A DNA stretch of 63,909 nt, the filler included, from Lenisia limosa (Eukaryota > Protista > Breviatea), in the NCBI GenBank assembly GCA_001655205.1. It is 9 parts of 9 records of this genome, joined end to end, with 100 filler letters (N's around TTAATTAATTAA, not from the genome) between each part and the next. Parts side by side here need not be neighbours in the genome. Positions count along the whole stretch, not along the records: positions 1 to 21,011 come from LPNZ01005718.1; positions 21,112 to 25,880 come from LPNZ01005858.1; positions 25,981 to 37,467 come from LPNZ01009545.1; 6 more parts are not named here. The stretch is one strand, 5' to 3'. How positions within the stretch are numbered: the stretch's first letter is position 1; each line of letters starts with the position of its first letter. Made by a program: the position numbers and the translations under genes. Under the pieces are notes generated by a model. It saw only the letters and a list, made by a program, of their open reading frames with translations. It searched no databases and had not been told where the DNA came from. This document shows positions 13,801 through 26,267 of the stretch, one piece after another.

Positions 13801-16337
13801 TATGCTCCTCTGCACAGGATACAACATATCGTATCTTATATAATATATGATATAATATCTATACTATAAATGTAATAATATATAGCTATATGATGTTTAT
13901 CATATGTATATATGATATACTATACTATACTCTGTACATATGTCATATACTATCCAATAGCTAACTACACTATTCCCTCTCCACCAACCTGAACAAGAGA
14001 CTTTAAGTGTAAGCATGCAACCATTTCTGCTTCCTCAGATATTGAAAGAACAAAAGATTCCTCAACATGTAATCTAAAAAAATCAACAAACTCAAGATGA
14101 AACTTTTTGATTCAACATTTTGGATGAAAAGTGTGAAAAATGGACAATCTCTGATTCAACAGTCACTCCAATTTCAGACACAACAAAGATAATAAGGCAA
14201 ATAAATTTAATGTCATAATAACACAATCAACTGTTAGCCTGTTGTCAATTCCAAAAACGGGTTCAAACACAAATATATCCTTTGTATTTTATCAGAATAC
14301 ACGTTGATAACAAGCACAACACCCACCTCAGTTGTGGCCATTGCACAATAGCACCAGAAGTGGCACTCTCTAGTATTGACTTCTAAAGAATTAAACGATC
14401 TGTGTCTCTGGACTTCGGTCCCAACATATCCAAATAGGCGATAATATCAACGCTGATATAACGTTAGTGGAAACGTTTAACACCCCACTGGAAGTTGGGG
14501 TTGGGCCAAAACAGGATGGTTCGGGTCAAAATGAGACAATGCTGACACAGCAAGTCCGCAGAATATCAGGTCATCACGGACAGGCTAAAACATTAACAAA
14601 CAAAGTCACCAACATCAAGAAAAGCGGGAAGGTGCGGTGGAATTTGAGCTTGGGCCGCGTCAAGTGTGGGTTGCTCAGGATGGGATTGGATTTGCGGTAA
14701 CGTACTAACGTGAAAACTAATAATAACCTTGACCCAGGCTTGGCTAGGTAAATCCAATTGCTTATAGTTTCAAGATAGGGTCGAACCGCAGCAGAGAGAA
14801 GTCGGATTATGGGGGAAACGTCAGAGGGCGACGCTTTCTGCGCTTCACGGTACAATACACTGTTGCATAATGAAATCAAGAAAAACAGTATTGACATCTT
14901 GTGTATTGCTGGTCAGAATATCAAGTTTCTTTATTGTAACAGGTGAACAAGAATCCCTGCAAACTCGCATAAACGTCCGTCAGTTGAGAGCCCGGTAAGA
15001 TAAAGGGGAATGGTTGAAACACCACAGAGAATCTTAGAAATGGCCTTCATTCGTTTTCGTAAGGCCATGGATTGTGATGAGAGCTAAACAATCAATTATG
15101 ATTATAACTTGTGTTTATAAAGCGAAAGAGATCTCTCTCTATTCCACATCCAACCGTTAGAATACTCCAAGATGACGGGATTGCAGCAATGGCAGCCCGA
15201 ATTCCATGAAGTCCATCGGCAATCGCCGTTGCTACTGCCGAGCCACTTGAGCCGCTAAGTGAGAAAACAAAACAAAAACCAGGTCCCAAGATTGAACATG
15301 TAGTCAACAAATTCTTCAAGATGCCTAAAGGCGGTTCCAGCTTGACAGAACTCTTCAATGGCGTCGGCCAATGCAATTGCAGACACTCCAGGAATGGCAA
15401 CATTCTGTCTTTTACCAACAAAAACAAATCTAAAACATTGTTACACAAAATCAGTCATTCTTACTTTCCTCCTATTCTGCCTTTTCGATCGCCAAATTGA
15501 TGCTGGGACCCTTGTTTTGGTCGTACACCACCCTAGATATAAGCCACAATCGTCATGAGCAGTACCTTGTAGACGAACGCTGACGAAGGCATGCCCAAAA
15601 GAACAGCCTTCAGGGCATGTACAAGCGCCTCCTCTTGAACAACATTGGCCACTCCCTCCAGGCTACATTGTGACGGTGTGTCCAGAGAATGGGAGGGGTG
15701 TGACGGTGTGTCCAGAGAATGGGAGGGGTATGGCTTCTTTTGAAAACTAATATCCAACCTTGTGTTAAATTTCTTCTCACTGGGATAGCATTCATATGAC
15801 GATATAATCAGTAGTACGTTGCTGCCTACCTTACGATCCTCTGGTGGAAAGATGCCGGCCCAGCTTCACTGAGCAAAAGCGGTGCGGCGGCTCTTTTGCT
15901 CCAAAGAGGCGGCAACTTAACAGTCAAGAGGAAAACAAGAGGGGAGTCAGAGGGAGCGAAGAAGAAACCCACTTGAAGCTCAGCTGGTTGTTTGGCAGTT
16001 ACAACAGTTGGTTCTTTGGGGGAGACAAAGGAGCCACCAAAGATGGTTTCTTGATTGACCACGGGGGGATCAAAGGACAGCTGGCTTGGAATAGCAGCGG
16101 AAATATCTGAAGTTACAGAAAACCGAAAACCAAAAGGAAAAGATGACCGCTCCTGCTGGATTGGAATGGCTTGGAACTGTGAGGGGTTGAAATTGGGATT
16201 GAATGAACCTGGAATTGTCTTCTCCTTAAAAAAAGTAACAAGGATATATCATATATAGATCTTACTTCCTGCTGTGAAAGCGGGTGTGGAAGGCTTTCAA
16301 ATGCATTGTTATTGACAGTCGAGAAAGTAAAGGACAT
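10830..16337 (-). CDS. TUBGCP6: Gamma-tubulin complex component 6 (Spc97/Spc98 family)
   Basis: GRIP motifs EEALVHALKAVLLGMPSSAF, LLSAAVRPYLETISNWIY and LDYVHIDVEVPWPTSLVISKKSL. C-terminus QLEQFLSTVDFNNFYHSF*. GCP6-type coiled-coil plus KWRLQRMHLSEKRNQLL and a long acidic insertion (ORF 12568-13503). Start at 16337 is tentative. Confidence 0.85.
15669..15729 (-). repeat. In-frame 30-bp coding duplication in GCP6
   Basis: TGTGACGGTGTGTCCAGAGAATGGGAGGGG occurs twice, encoding PSHSLDTPSH/PSHSLDTPSQ. Confidence 0.9.
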
Positions 16338-16777
16338 GATATGATACCAGTCAAGACCGACAATACCACTCACATAATTCTTATTTCCTACCTTTCTTAC
16401 TTATCTACTCAATATCTCACTATCTACTTATATCTACTTTTCTAAACTTTACTCTGACTGCTCTGATGATGATTTTTGGCTTGCATAGAGGGGAGCAAGG
16501 TTATTCAAACCCCCAGGTTCTAGACTATGAATCCGCTTTTGCCCGTTTGCACTTGCACTGTGCACCCTTTCCCAGCAGCAGATACAGTATATGCTATATA
16601 TATTAAATTCACTATAAATTATAAAAAAAACTTGAACAAACATCTTTTCGCTCGTGTTCGCTCAATCAGATCAACCTCACCCTCTGTCTTCTGTGAGTGC
16701 AAGTCCTGGCCTTCCCATAGCCATCTTCCATTTGCCAAACCTATCAAGCAAGTCATCACGAACCATCAATAGGAAGA

Positions 16778-18148
16778 ATGAGACTAGCCTTCGTCCTATT
16801 CCTTGTTTGTCTTGGCATTTGTTCAGCCCAAGAAAGGCCAGCTGGAGAAGTTACTGACTTTGTTCCACTTGCATCATCGTATTGTGAGCCTGAAGCCGAA
16901 GAATCCTGTACAAAGGGCTCTGTGACTATCAAGGGAACCGTTGTTTTGAAAAGTGGGTTGTGGGTTTCGGCTCTTTTCTGTTGTTTTATTTGTTTTCCTT
17001 ACCCCTCAAGGTGGCTATGAAGACGATGAAGTGTTTGTTCACTTTGGAAAGTGTAGGAAAGCCCAGATTCTAAGTGATGGTAAATTTGAATTGTAGGTTG
17101 GGTTTGTGTAGCTCTTACTTCTGGGTGTGACTGAATGTTTTGACGAATTGTAAGATAGCGTCTCGCCTGTTTTCTTTTCCTTCTTTCCCATGCCTATTTC
17201 ACCACCTTCAGCCATTGTGTCCCTGAGGGGCGATTCTTTTTGAGTGCCTCTTCTGAGTACGTTCTTTATCCTGATGTCGAAGTGACTGTGGTACGTGGAG
17301 CTGTGACCTCTCAGAAAAATCAATGTCATTGACAAACGTAATAATGTGGAAGACTTGAACACGACCAATTCCCCCATCCCCCCTGTTTTTGCAAATCATC
17401 ACAGGGCGGTTTTTTTCTATCCAAAAATACTGTTTTTAACATCAAGGAGAGAACTAATACTGATTTATTCAGTCAAAGAACAAGAAAATTGATGTACGCT
17501 ACGTTGACATGGGGCGTGATGAGGCCATCCCAAGTGACCAGTGGGGAATTCAACGCCATCCTATCGTTCTTGAGCCTTGGTACAATGTCAAAGGCAAAAC
17601 CGGAACTGTGGGTTGGAAATCTACTTATTTGTTTTCTTCTTTTCTTCCTGTTTATTTCACAGTCTTTGAAGTTAATCTGATCAATTAGGGAGAATTCTCC
17701 ATTTGGCCTATTCTGAAGAGCCCTATGATCATTTCTATGGTTATTATGGGTGGCATGGCTTGGTGTCTCCCCAAGATGATGGAGAATCTTTGTAGGCTTT
17801 CTTGGAAAATTGCTTTGATGGTGTGTGCTGATTTCGAATATGCAAAATGATATTAAAAAGTTGGACTTTTATTCGTTCCCAAAAATGATGGAATTCCTGA
17901 TACATATTGATACCTTTTGGAATTGAAGCTCAGGTGATGAATATCATAAAATATAATATGGGTGTAATTATTGCAGCTGTATCATTATTTTTTCGTAAAA
18001 GCTAATATTCTCAGCACCTGAAGAACTTAAAGAGATGCAAGAGCAACAAAAGCAGACAATGAATATGGACTTTGGAGAGAGTATTACAAATTTCTTGTCA
18101 GGGTCTTCAGCACCACAGGAGTCTTCGAAGAAGAAAAAGAAGCAATAG
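16778..18148 (+). CDS. EMC7: ER membrane protein complex subunit 7
   Basis: Signal peptide MRLAFVLFLVCLGICSA; ILSDGKFEF|HCVPEGRF; HPIVLEPL; ILKSPMIISMVIMGGMAWCLPKMMENL; PEELKEMQEQQ...; stop TAG at 18146-18148. Confidence 0.85.
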
Positions 18149-18412
18149 AAATGATAGGTGTATCTGATTTTATATAAATTTTCTAGTATATTCCTTTCTT
18201 TGACTTTCATCATGATCATGAGTATTCATAGCAACAACATAATAATCACAGTTGAGTATTATGAGTAGTTATGTACAAAGCGGGATCACCTCTGCCTATT
18301 ACCTCACCCTAGATTTGGAGACTAAATGAATAATACAAGGAACAAGGAAACAACTAAACATGAAACGAGGAAGAACATCAAAAAATACACAAGAGGTTAC
18401 ACCATTTTAGAC

Positions 18413-20959
18413 CTAGAATGCGTGCATCGACGACTTTGGCGGTTTTCGCTTTCGTTTGAGAGCCTGGATTCTGGACTTGATAATGTTGAGACATTGGCGT
18501 CGCATTGTGGGTGAGGCAGCAGCATTGGAACTTTGTTGTGACACCATCGTCAGAAAACGCGTCTGTAGAAGTCAGAAGGTTCAGATGCGTTATAGGGGTT
18601 GAAAATACTAATAAACGACTGACACAACTAATGAGAAATTCAAATGGTTGTTTCAAACTAAGCTGCACTCATCATTTCTTGTACATTTGTTTTTCATTCA
18701 TCCCCCCCCCCCCTCACATCCTTCTCCAAAGAAGCCATGCCATTGACAGCTGCCGGGTTGGCTGTCCAAATGGCCACAGCCAAGTGAGACTCCAAACGGG
18801 GGGACGGCGGGTCCAGGACTAGGCCAAGTCTGGATGGTAAACCAACAGAACATCAGAAGTTGGGGGTTATTTACAGAAAAGCTTCTCTAAGATAGTTGGG
18901 GAACGTTACAAAAAAAAAAAAGACTGAATTGCTCGATAAGCCTCGATACCCCAGGTATTTCTAGACCAACGCTCTGACCAGCCCGGGTACCGTCGGAACA
19001 CAGCGCTGTCAATGTTGATGGGCGGGGGGCAGCGGCGATACTGCCCCAGAAGACAATTGGTAGTGGAGGTCAGGATGGACACTATGGAGTCCACCATTGA
19101 GTTGGCTGCAGGGGGGAGGTGGATGCACCTAAAAAGGCAATGAATATGAAGAACAACATGGGGATTCCTGCATCCAAAAAAAAACACCAAGTGGATATAA
19201 ACGGTAGCTTACACATAGAGAATGGCAGCGAATGCGGGGTGAGAGAAGTTGTCCACCCCACAAGCCTCAACAACAAGGGTATGGAGGCCTTCAAGGGGGA
19301 AAAGCTCAATAATCCTGTGGAACAATTATAATGGCAGTATTACAACCTGATTTAATTTGTAAAATATTCCAGGGTTTGTGTTCACAAGAATCATTATTAT
19401 CACCACCAACTGTTTGTACCAGGGGAAAGAGAAATCCATGCTTTCTTCTTGCTCCACAAGTGAAAATCCCACAATGGCGTGCTCGTATCTTTTTGAATAC
19501 GCGCAAGCCTTAATGGTTACTTTGTAAACATAAATTACGATAACAGAGAACACATATGCGCACTTTAATGAAGCACTCAGCGGCCATTCCAGTGCCTTGG
19601 TAGCGGTCTCGGAAGATGGGTCGGAAGAAGATGTTCCGCGCCCGGTCCGGGTTGTCGTTTGTCAAGTGGCAGATGGCAACTAATGTAAACTCCTGGGGGT
19701 GGGGGTCAAAGAAGAAGTATTGGCTTAAAGGTATTGATAAATAATGTGGACGGTTGGGGGTGGGGGGTATACGACTGAAAAGAGGCCAATAAAATGGGTC
19801 CTGAGAGACAATAGCCACGATCAATAAAGGAAGGAAAAACTGAAAGACCCAAGCCCCTCCAGAGTATACAACATTAGACACCCCTACTTGAAGTGGTACA
19901 CCCATGCGGCCGCTAAGAATTTCCTCTTCCGCTGCTGCCACCCATGCCTCCGGAACCTGGGGGTCAGAACTACCAAGGATGCAAAATCAGCAGCAAATGA
20001 GAGCGTGGCATATCAAGGAAAATCAGTATTCTCCCTCAGATAACAAAGGTTGAAAAATGCAACCAATTTTTCCACCATACTTGATTTAGCGAAGGAAACT
20101 CGGCAAGCGAGAGTTTTGCCAGGCTCAGAGGGATACACGCACGAACGGTTCTGTTGCACATTAGCAAACAAGTTTTGGTGAAAATGTGAAGACCGTGCAC
20201 GAAGCACCCACCTTGGGATGATATGAGCTAGTTCATCGAGGACGTCAGGCGGCAGGAGATGGAGGAGCATGAATGCGAGGGTCTTGAGGAAGGGCACAAA
20301 TGGCGCAAGGCACGACGTCTGCGCCACCAATGGCTCAATGAAGGGCGTGGTGGAGGCAAAAACACTCTGGGGGGATATGAAATGGGAATGGAAGAATATA
20401 AACCCAATTTTATCAGTGATTAGTTGGTTTAATTTTCCAAGGTAAAGACGTTTTGTAACTAGGCACCCATATTAAGATGAGAAGATCACCAACAGAAGAC
20501 AGAAACCAACCATCTTGCCATTGAAAAGCCCTGACCAAAACACGTCCCTCACCTGGAGGCGCAACGCTTGGACATTTCTAGGGAGAGCAGCAAAACGGCT
20601 GATTGGATGATCGGGTTGTCGGGGGTGTGGGAGGAAAAATGTCTGCATGTCTACGCCAAAGTCACCCAAGGCAGTGACATGGTTGTAGATTTCATCATAG
20701 CTGAGATTGAGGTTGGGGGAGAGGAGAGAGAGGGCGTAGCAGCTCTTGACGCGATGGAGAAGGGGAAGGCCTTGGTTGATGGCGACTTTGGAGTGCTGAA
20801 GGATTACGTCACGGGTGATGCTTCGGATTTGTCGGTATGAACAGGCCGGCACGGCGTCGGAACAATGGTTTAGGAACTCGCACATGCGCCAATCATGGAA
20901 TGGCGTGGAGAGACCTTGTTGCAGGGCGGGGGGAGTGGAACTAAAGTGTGAGGCATCTT
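18413..20959 (-). CDS. Unknown alpha-helical protein with a basic C-terminal NLS-like tail (5' end truncated at linker)
   Basis: About 10 GT-AG-bounded exons, most phase-compatible (two central junctions not closed): ...NVQALRLQ|SVFASTTPF...HIIPR|TVRACIPL...|VPEAWVAAEEEILSG... ending ...IKSRIQALKRKRKPPKSSMHAF*. Confidence 0.7.
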
Positions 20960-21011
20960 CTGCATTTCAACACAGGCCGCTACTTATTGTACCCCCCCCC
21001 CCATACATAAA

Positions 21012-21111
21012 NNNNNNNNNNNNNNNNNNNNNNNNNNNNNNNNNNNNNNNNNNNNTTAATTAATTAANNNNNNNNNNNNNNNNNNNNNNNNNNNNNNNNN
21101 NNNNNNNNNNN
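21012..21111. other. Artificial 100-bp assembly linker (44 N + TTAATTAATTAA + 44 N)
   Basis: The six-frame stop 12-mer lies at 21056, 25925, 37512, 40693, 52320, 53464, 56666 and 59307, always centred in N runs. Genes are truncated at these linkers. Confidence 0.95.
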
Positions 21112-21128
21112 CCCCCCCCCCCTCCCAG

Positions 21129-24100
21129 CTGTTTGCATTCCATGAGTCTCTCAGTGTGGTCGAGAGCAAGGTCTCCGAAAGCATCAGAAAAGAAATGAAG
21201 AAAAGTGGGGGGATGGTAAAATAGCATAGGAAATATTGGAAGGACGTGTAAGTGTGGTGAAGGGGGAGGGTAAAAGGAACCTTCATAATATCATCTAAAA
21301 AGCTGAATAAAAAACAGAGCGAACTAGGGCTCACTGAGGTTTGAAAATAGACTGAATTTCTCCATAAATCCTCGAACTGTCGATATTTTCCAACTGAAAT
21401 GAAGCCTTAGAGCGAATCCTTGGTTTTCTAGGGGGGGTAAACGAAGACACCTTCGATGCAGAATATTGACATAATGGTACTCGTCAAGAACCAGGGGTAA
21501 AATAGAGTGGGTGGAGAGAAGAAAGTAGTTCCAATACACTATGGCGCGTCAACTTGGGATTCTTGTGAAAACGTTGGCATTCCCATATTATACATGGGAC
21601 CCCCATGGATTTTATGGAAATTTGAATAAATTTATGGGATTACCAAATAATACAAGGGAATTCCTAGTCGATGGGCCGTAGTCCAAAAGAGGGTATGTAA
21701 TACATATCCAGTCAAAACATTTTGTTTTATCTCCTGTTTTATTATTCAGTGAACTGGATAAGTCTTGACCGATTTGCGAATTGATTTCCCAAAGCAAATA
21801 GGTCAAGACTTATCCCGGTCAGTATATATAGTAGCTCTTATTATTTTTATTATTTAGCTGGGGATGCGGTGTCTCTTCTCACGTATTTGGAGCCCCTCAG
21901 GCCCCTCATTGCCCGAAAAGGCATTGGTATGCCCCCGTATGGTATTATTTCGGCCTTTTTTGTTTCATACATTTTTTGATGCGGTGCTGCCGTGTGCAGA
22001 GTTGATTTGGGCCTTTTTTGCGCTTCATAAAATTTTCCCATTTTTCTCCGCCGAACTGAGACCACCCCCTTACAATCCAGCCCAGCTTTTGCTGAGTGAA
22101 CGCGAGGCTCTCATGGCCCGGCTTTTCCAGGTTCGGGGGTNNNNNNNNNNNNNNNNNNNNNNNNNNNNNNNNNNNNNNNNNNNNNNNNNNNNNNNNNNNN
22201 NNNNNNNNNNNNNNNNNNNNNNNNNNNNNNNNNNNNNNNNNNNNNNNNNNNNNNNNNNNNNNNNNNNNNNNNNNNNNNNNNNNNNNNNNNNNNNCGATAG
22301 TTGCCATCAAGTCTCAGCTAACTCTAATGCCACTGGTGGGCGAGGGGGGTGATAAGAAGGACTTCACTTCGGTTCGAAAAATGACTGAATTTTTTGATAA
22401 ATACTCGAATATTTTCAATATTTACCGGTATTTTTCGAACCGAAGTGAAACCCCAGGGATAAGGGAGAGAGGGGATTCTTTGTTTGTTCCACTTCCGTGT
22501 TATTTCCTTCATTTTACCTTCCAACAGAGTTGATGTTGGGCTTTTTTGTTTCATACATTTCCTTCGTTTTACCCCTCCCCCCAGCCCCCCGAAACGGACG
22601 CAATTTGTCGGTTATCGCCTCGGCTCTTTGCGATGCCCGGGTGGTGATGTCCAAAGCCCAGGCCGTGAGGGGTCTTATCTGACAATTTTACATTTTTTGG
22701 GGGTCACACCCTATTGATATCTCGATGTTTTCATTGTTTTTTTAATACCCTTTTTTTGGAAGGGCCTTTGTATGTTAGGCAAATGATTGGGTGAATTAAT
22801 ATTCCAATNNNNNNNNNNNNNNNNNNNNNNNNNNNNNNNNNNNNNNNNNNNNNNNNNNNNNNNNNNNNNNNNNNNNNNNNNNNNNNNNNNNNNNNNNNNN
22901 NNNNNNNNNCCAATCGAGTTAATTTTGGGCTTTATTTTTTTTTGTTTCGCCTGGACCTTTGAGTTTCTAGTGTCAGTTGCGACTTTACTGCAAAATAACA
23001 AAACAATTTTACTTCCAATTTTATTTGGGTTTATTTCATAAATTTTCCAATTTTAATCCCCCCCTCCCCCCCAGGTCCAAAAAGCATGCCGTGACGTGGT
23101 GTTCGGCCTCAAGCGAACGGAGGATCTCAAATCCCGTGCCGTGGAGCTAGTTGATGACGTCACCGAGTTTGAGACTGATACCTTCAGAACGTATGGGGTG
23201 CTAATCTTTATACACACCCCACCTTTGTCTCCGTCATTATACCTCCAAAAACAGATATTCTATTGGTAAATGTATATGTGTAAATCCACGTACGCTGGAG
23301 TGATGGGATATGCCTCCGAAGCGACTGGCCTGGCTTTTTTTTGTTTTTGTTATCAACCCTCTTGTGTTGTCAGCCAACAGGCTTTTTAGTATATATATTT
23401 TCGATACACACCCCTTATACACCCCTAGATGGGCAGAAGACGTGACGGAAGGTCTTTTGGCGGAGGAGGGCCTGGAAGTCAAGTCCGGCGCGGCCTTGAT
23501 CTACATCGATTCCATGACCGGAAAAGTGGGGGTGCTGTTTCTATGATTTTATATGATTTTATATGATTTTCTGATAATAGAGTGGTGGGTATTGTAAATG
23601 GATATAGTGGGGTACACCCACGCCACTTTACATATACCATCGTCTTCANNNNNNNNNNNNNNNNNNNNNNNNNNNNNNNNNNNNNNNNNNNNNNNNNNNN
23701 NNNNNNNNNNNNNNNNNNNNNNNNNNNNNNNNNNNNNNNNNNNNNNNNNNNNNNNNNNTTGTCTTTTTTTGTTTTGTTGCTACCAACCCTCGTGTGTTCA
23801 GCCAACTGAGTTGATTTTGGCTTTTTTTCTTTCATAAGCTTACCATTTTACCCCCCCCCCTCCCTAGTATATAATATCTCACCCCCTCAGCTGCGAGTGA
23901 ACTACTCCGACCGAGTAGTGGCCCTTTTGAGAGAAGTCAGGCAACTGTCCGGCCTGGGCTTTGTCATACCCCCCCGTTTGGCCAAAGCTGCTGCTACAGC
24001 CACTCAGTTGTACAAGTGGGAAGGGAGATATAAGGTTCTCTCTTTTTTGTCTCTCTTTTTTCTCTTTTTTTTTGTTATTGCTTGTTTTTTTGGAGTTTTA

Positions 24101-25527
24101 GATTATTCTGTTCGGGATTAGTACCTTTACGCCAATTATCTTCATCGAAAATTTCTTCGTTTTACTCCCCTGATGGGATGCGGTGCTGCAGAAGCGACTG
24201 ATCTGGGCTTTGTTTGTTTTGTTATCAGCCAACAGAGTTGATTTTGGGCTTTTTGTTTCATTAATTTTCCAATTTGACTTCCAATTTTACTCCCCCCAGA
24301 TACGGAGTGGTGCTCCAGCAGGTAGCGCATCTCTACAACACTATTAATCGCCAGATCATTCCCTCGCAGGTTGGTGGGATGCAATAAGAACTCAGCCAAT
24401 TTTCTCCCCAAAATTTTTATTTTGTACGATATCATATTTTCTTCTTTGTATTTTTATTTTGTATGATACTATTTTTTGTATTCTTTATTTGTTTTTAGAA
24501 ACCCATGCTGCTCGATTTGGCACGTTCGTTTGAGCAGGTAGGGGAGTAGATGTCTATGTTATTGATATGATATAGGTAATAGGATGTAAGGCAAATGATT
24601 GATGAATACTATATTCCAGTATACAAGCCTGATGGTGTGGTTCGGCTAGATACAACCTTGTTTTTTATTTCTTATTGCTATAAATAGGTATGGTGGGCAT
24701 GTTCATCTACCTGTTTTTTTTTTTCAATTTATTATTACTTCAGCTGCTATTCATATAAACTTCCTGACCACCCACCAGATTGTGCGAGAGAAGCGTGTGG
24801 TGTGGACCAGCGCCGATAAGGTCGAGGCNNNNNNNNNNNNNNNNNNNNNNNNNNNNNNNNNNNNNNNNNNNNNNNNNNNNNNNNNNNNNNNNNNNNNNNN
24901 NNNNNNNNNNNNNNNNNNNNNNNNNNNNNNNNNNNNNTAAGTCTTCACTTCGGTTCGAAAAAAACCGGTCAAATAGCGATAGTTTTCGGATTTATCGAGA
25001 AATTCAGTCTTTTTTTTGAACCGAAGTGAAGCCCTAAGCATATCATATAGCTTCATCATATTCAATACATTATTATACTGTATTTTTTTTTTATTTAAAT
25101 TATATCAGCATGATGTACATGTCCAACTATATTTGTGTATGTGTACATGTATGTGTATGTGTTGTGTGTGTTTTGAATATTTTAATCATTGGAGAGGAGA
25201 GTGTGGGAAGTTTGTTTAGTGTTTTTTTTGTGTGTGGTGTGGACCAGCGCTGATTTTCCCGTTCACTGTATAATGATTTATATCGTTCTAGCTAATACTT
25301 ATACATATATGTATGTGTGTAATTGTTATCATTTATACATATCATATGGAGAGGGGAGGAGGTAAAGTTACACGGCCTTGCACAAATCTGAGTTAACTAA
25401 CCTGGCATTTTCCCATCACCTCCGCCTAGGCAGCGGAAAAGCTCTCCTCAGCAAACCGCACCCTCAGAAGGGCCCATTTTGACATGGCTCAGAAAGTGAC
25501 CGTCCTGATGGATATCGACCTGTTGAA
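21129..25527 (+). CDS. DYNC2H1: Cytoplasmic dynein-2 (IFT retrograde) heavy chain, tail fragment
   Basis: Exons LLLSEREALMARL, LRVNYSDRVVALLREVRQLSGLGFVIPPRLAK, YGVVLQQVAHLYNTINRQIIPSQ|KPMLLDLARSFEQ and AAEKLSSANRTLRRAHFDMAQKVTVLMDIDLLK match the DYNC2H1 tail as recalled (LKVHYSDRLVILLREVRQLSALGFVIP...; VVVLMNIDLL). Truncated by linkers on both sides. Confidence 0.9.
21768..21832. mobile_element. MITE family C (about 70-80 bp hairpin, Tc1/mariner-like CAGTG/CACTG ends, TA flanks); representative copy
   Basis: TIR (CAG)TGACCGGGATAAGTCTTGACC...GGTCAAGACTTATCCCGGTCA(CTG)TA. Also near 25740, 25813-25878, 26625-26704, 30328-30394, 38548 and 40792. Confidence 0.8.
24170..24299 (+). repeat. Intronic cassette D (about 150 bp) ending at the 3' splice site; representative copy
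   Basis: Consensus GTACGCTGGAGTGATGGGATGCGGTGCTGCAGAAGCGACTGGCCTGGGCTTTG...CAACCCTCGTGTGTTGTCAGCCAACAGAGTTGATTTTGGGCTTTTTTGTTTCATAAATTTTCCAATTTTACTCCCCCCAG. Plus copies near 21990, 22520, 23030, 23290, 23760, 27690, 54194, 57615, 57790, 58707 and 62770. Minus copies near 29075, 29410, 50915, 51255, 51455, 55738, 59560 and 59960. Confidence 0.85.
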
Positions 25528-25585
25528 GTGGGGGGATAGTGGGGGTATTTATATTTGTGTGAGGGAAGGATTGAAGGTTAATAGG

Positions 25586-25685
25586 TAGGGCTTCACTTCG
25601 GTTCAAAAAAAGACTGAATTTCGTGATAAATCCTCGAAAACTATCGATATTTTACCGGGTTTTTTCGAACCGAAGTGAAGCCCTA
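25586..25685. mobile_element. MITE family A (about 100 bp, about 27-bp TIRs, TA flanks); representative copy
   Basis: TA-GGGCTTCACTTCGGTTCGAAAAAAGAC...GTCTTTTTTCGAACCGAAGTGAAGCCC-TA. Other full or partial copies start near 18910, 21325, 22359, 24938, 27392, 27495, 30843, 31243, 34099, 39305, 40318, 44774, 44925, 45340, 47650, 48644, 48887, 49315, 50797, 51594, 51750, 53932, 56435, 58040, 61900 and 63270. Both orientations occur within one gene. Confidence 0.9.
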
Positions 25686-26267
25686 CACATAGGGGTTCAC
25701 ACAAACACAACTTGAAGGCTTCTTTATTGAGTTTTATATATGACCGTGATAAGTCTTGATACGATTGGCTAAAGAAAGCTTAATATCCGTGTCAGAACAT
25801 ATCCCTTGGTTATACACTGGCCGCGATAAGTTCTGACACGGTTGATAAAAGATTAAGGGACTTGTCGCGGTCAGTGTAAGNNNNNNNNNNNNNNNNNNNN
25901 NNNNNNNNNNNNNNNNNNNNNNNNTTAATTAATTAANNNNNNNNNNNNNNNNNNNNNNNNNNNNNNNNNNNNNNNNNNNNTGTCTGCCCTTGGATACTAC
26001 TACATATGATATAGACATTGTATATGCAAATAGGATTTGTACCTTATATCTTTACCCCCCCCCCCAAGCAAAATTTGGCAAAGCTTCATTTGGCCCAAGG
26101 TTGATAGTCTACCTCAGAAAGGGAATGATATTAAAATAATAGAATTCTTCAACTGTCTACCTTCTCTTAACAATGAAATTGTTGAAATCATACACATGTA
26201 ATATTCATTTTTGTGAACGGCTTCGGCCAGATGTTCCATGTCTTTTGCATTTTTGCTCATCTTCCAG

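Noticed and set aside
18413-20959. Possible viral or HGT origin of the GC-richer 18.4-21 kb gene
   Set aside because: It has about 10 normal spliceosomal introns and no viral hallmark motifs, and its composition matches other genes in the repeat-rich segments.
21056-21067. TTAATTAATTAA palindrome recurring 8 times
   Set aside because: It is always centred in a 100-bp N block, so it is an artificial six-frame-stop linker and not biological.
25586-25685. GGTTCGAA motifs suggesting tRNA T-loops
   Set aside because: They are part of MITE-A TIRs, and no cloverleaf can be formed.
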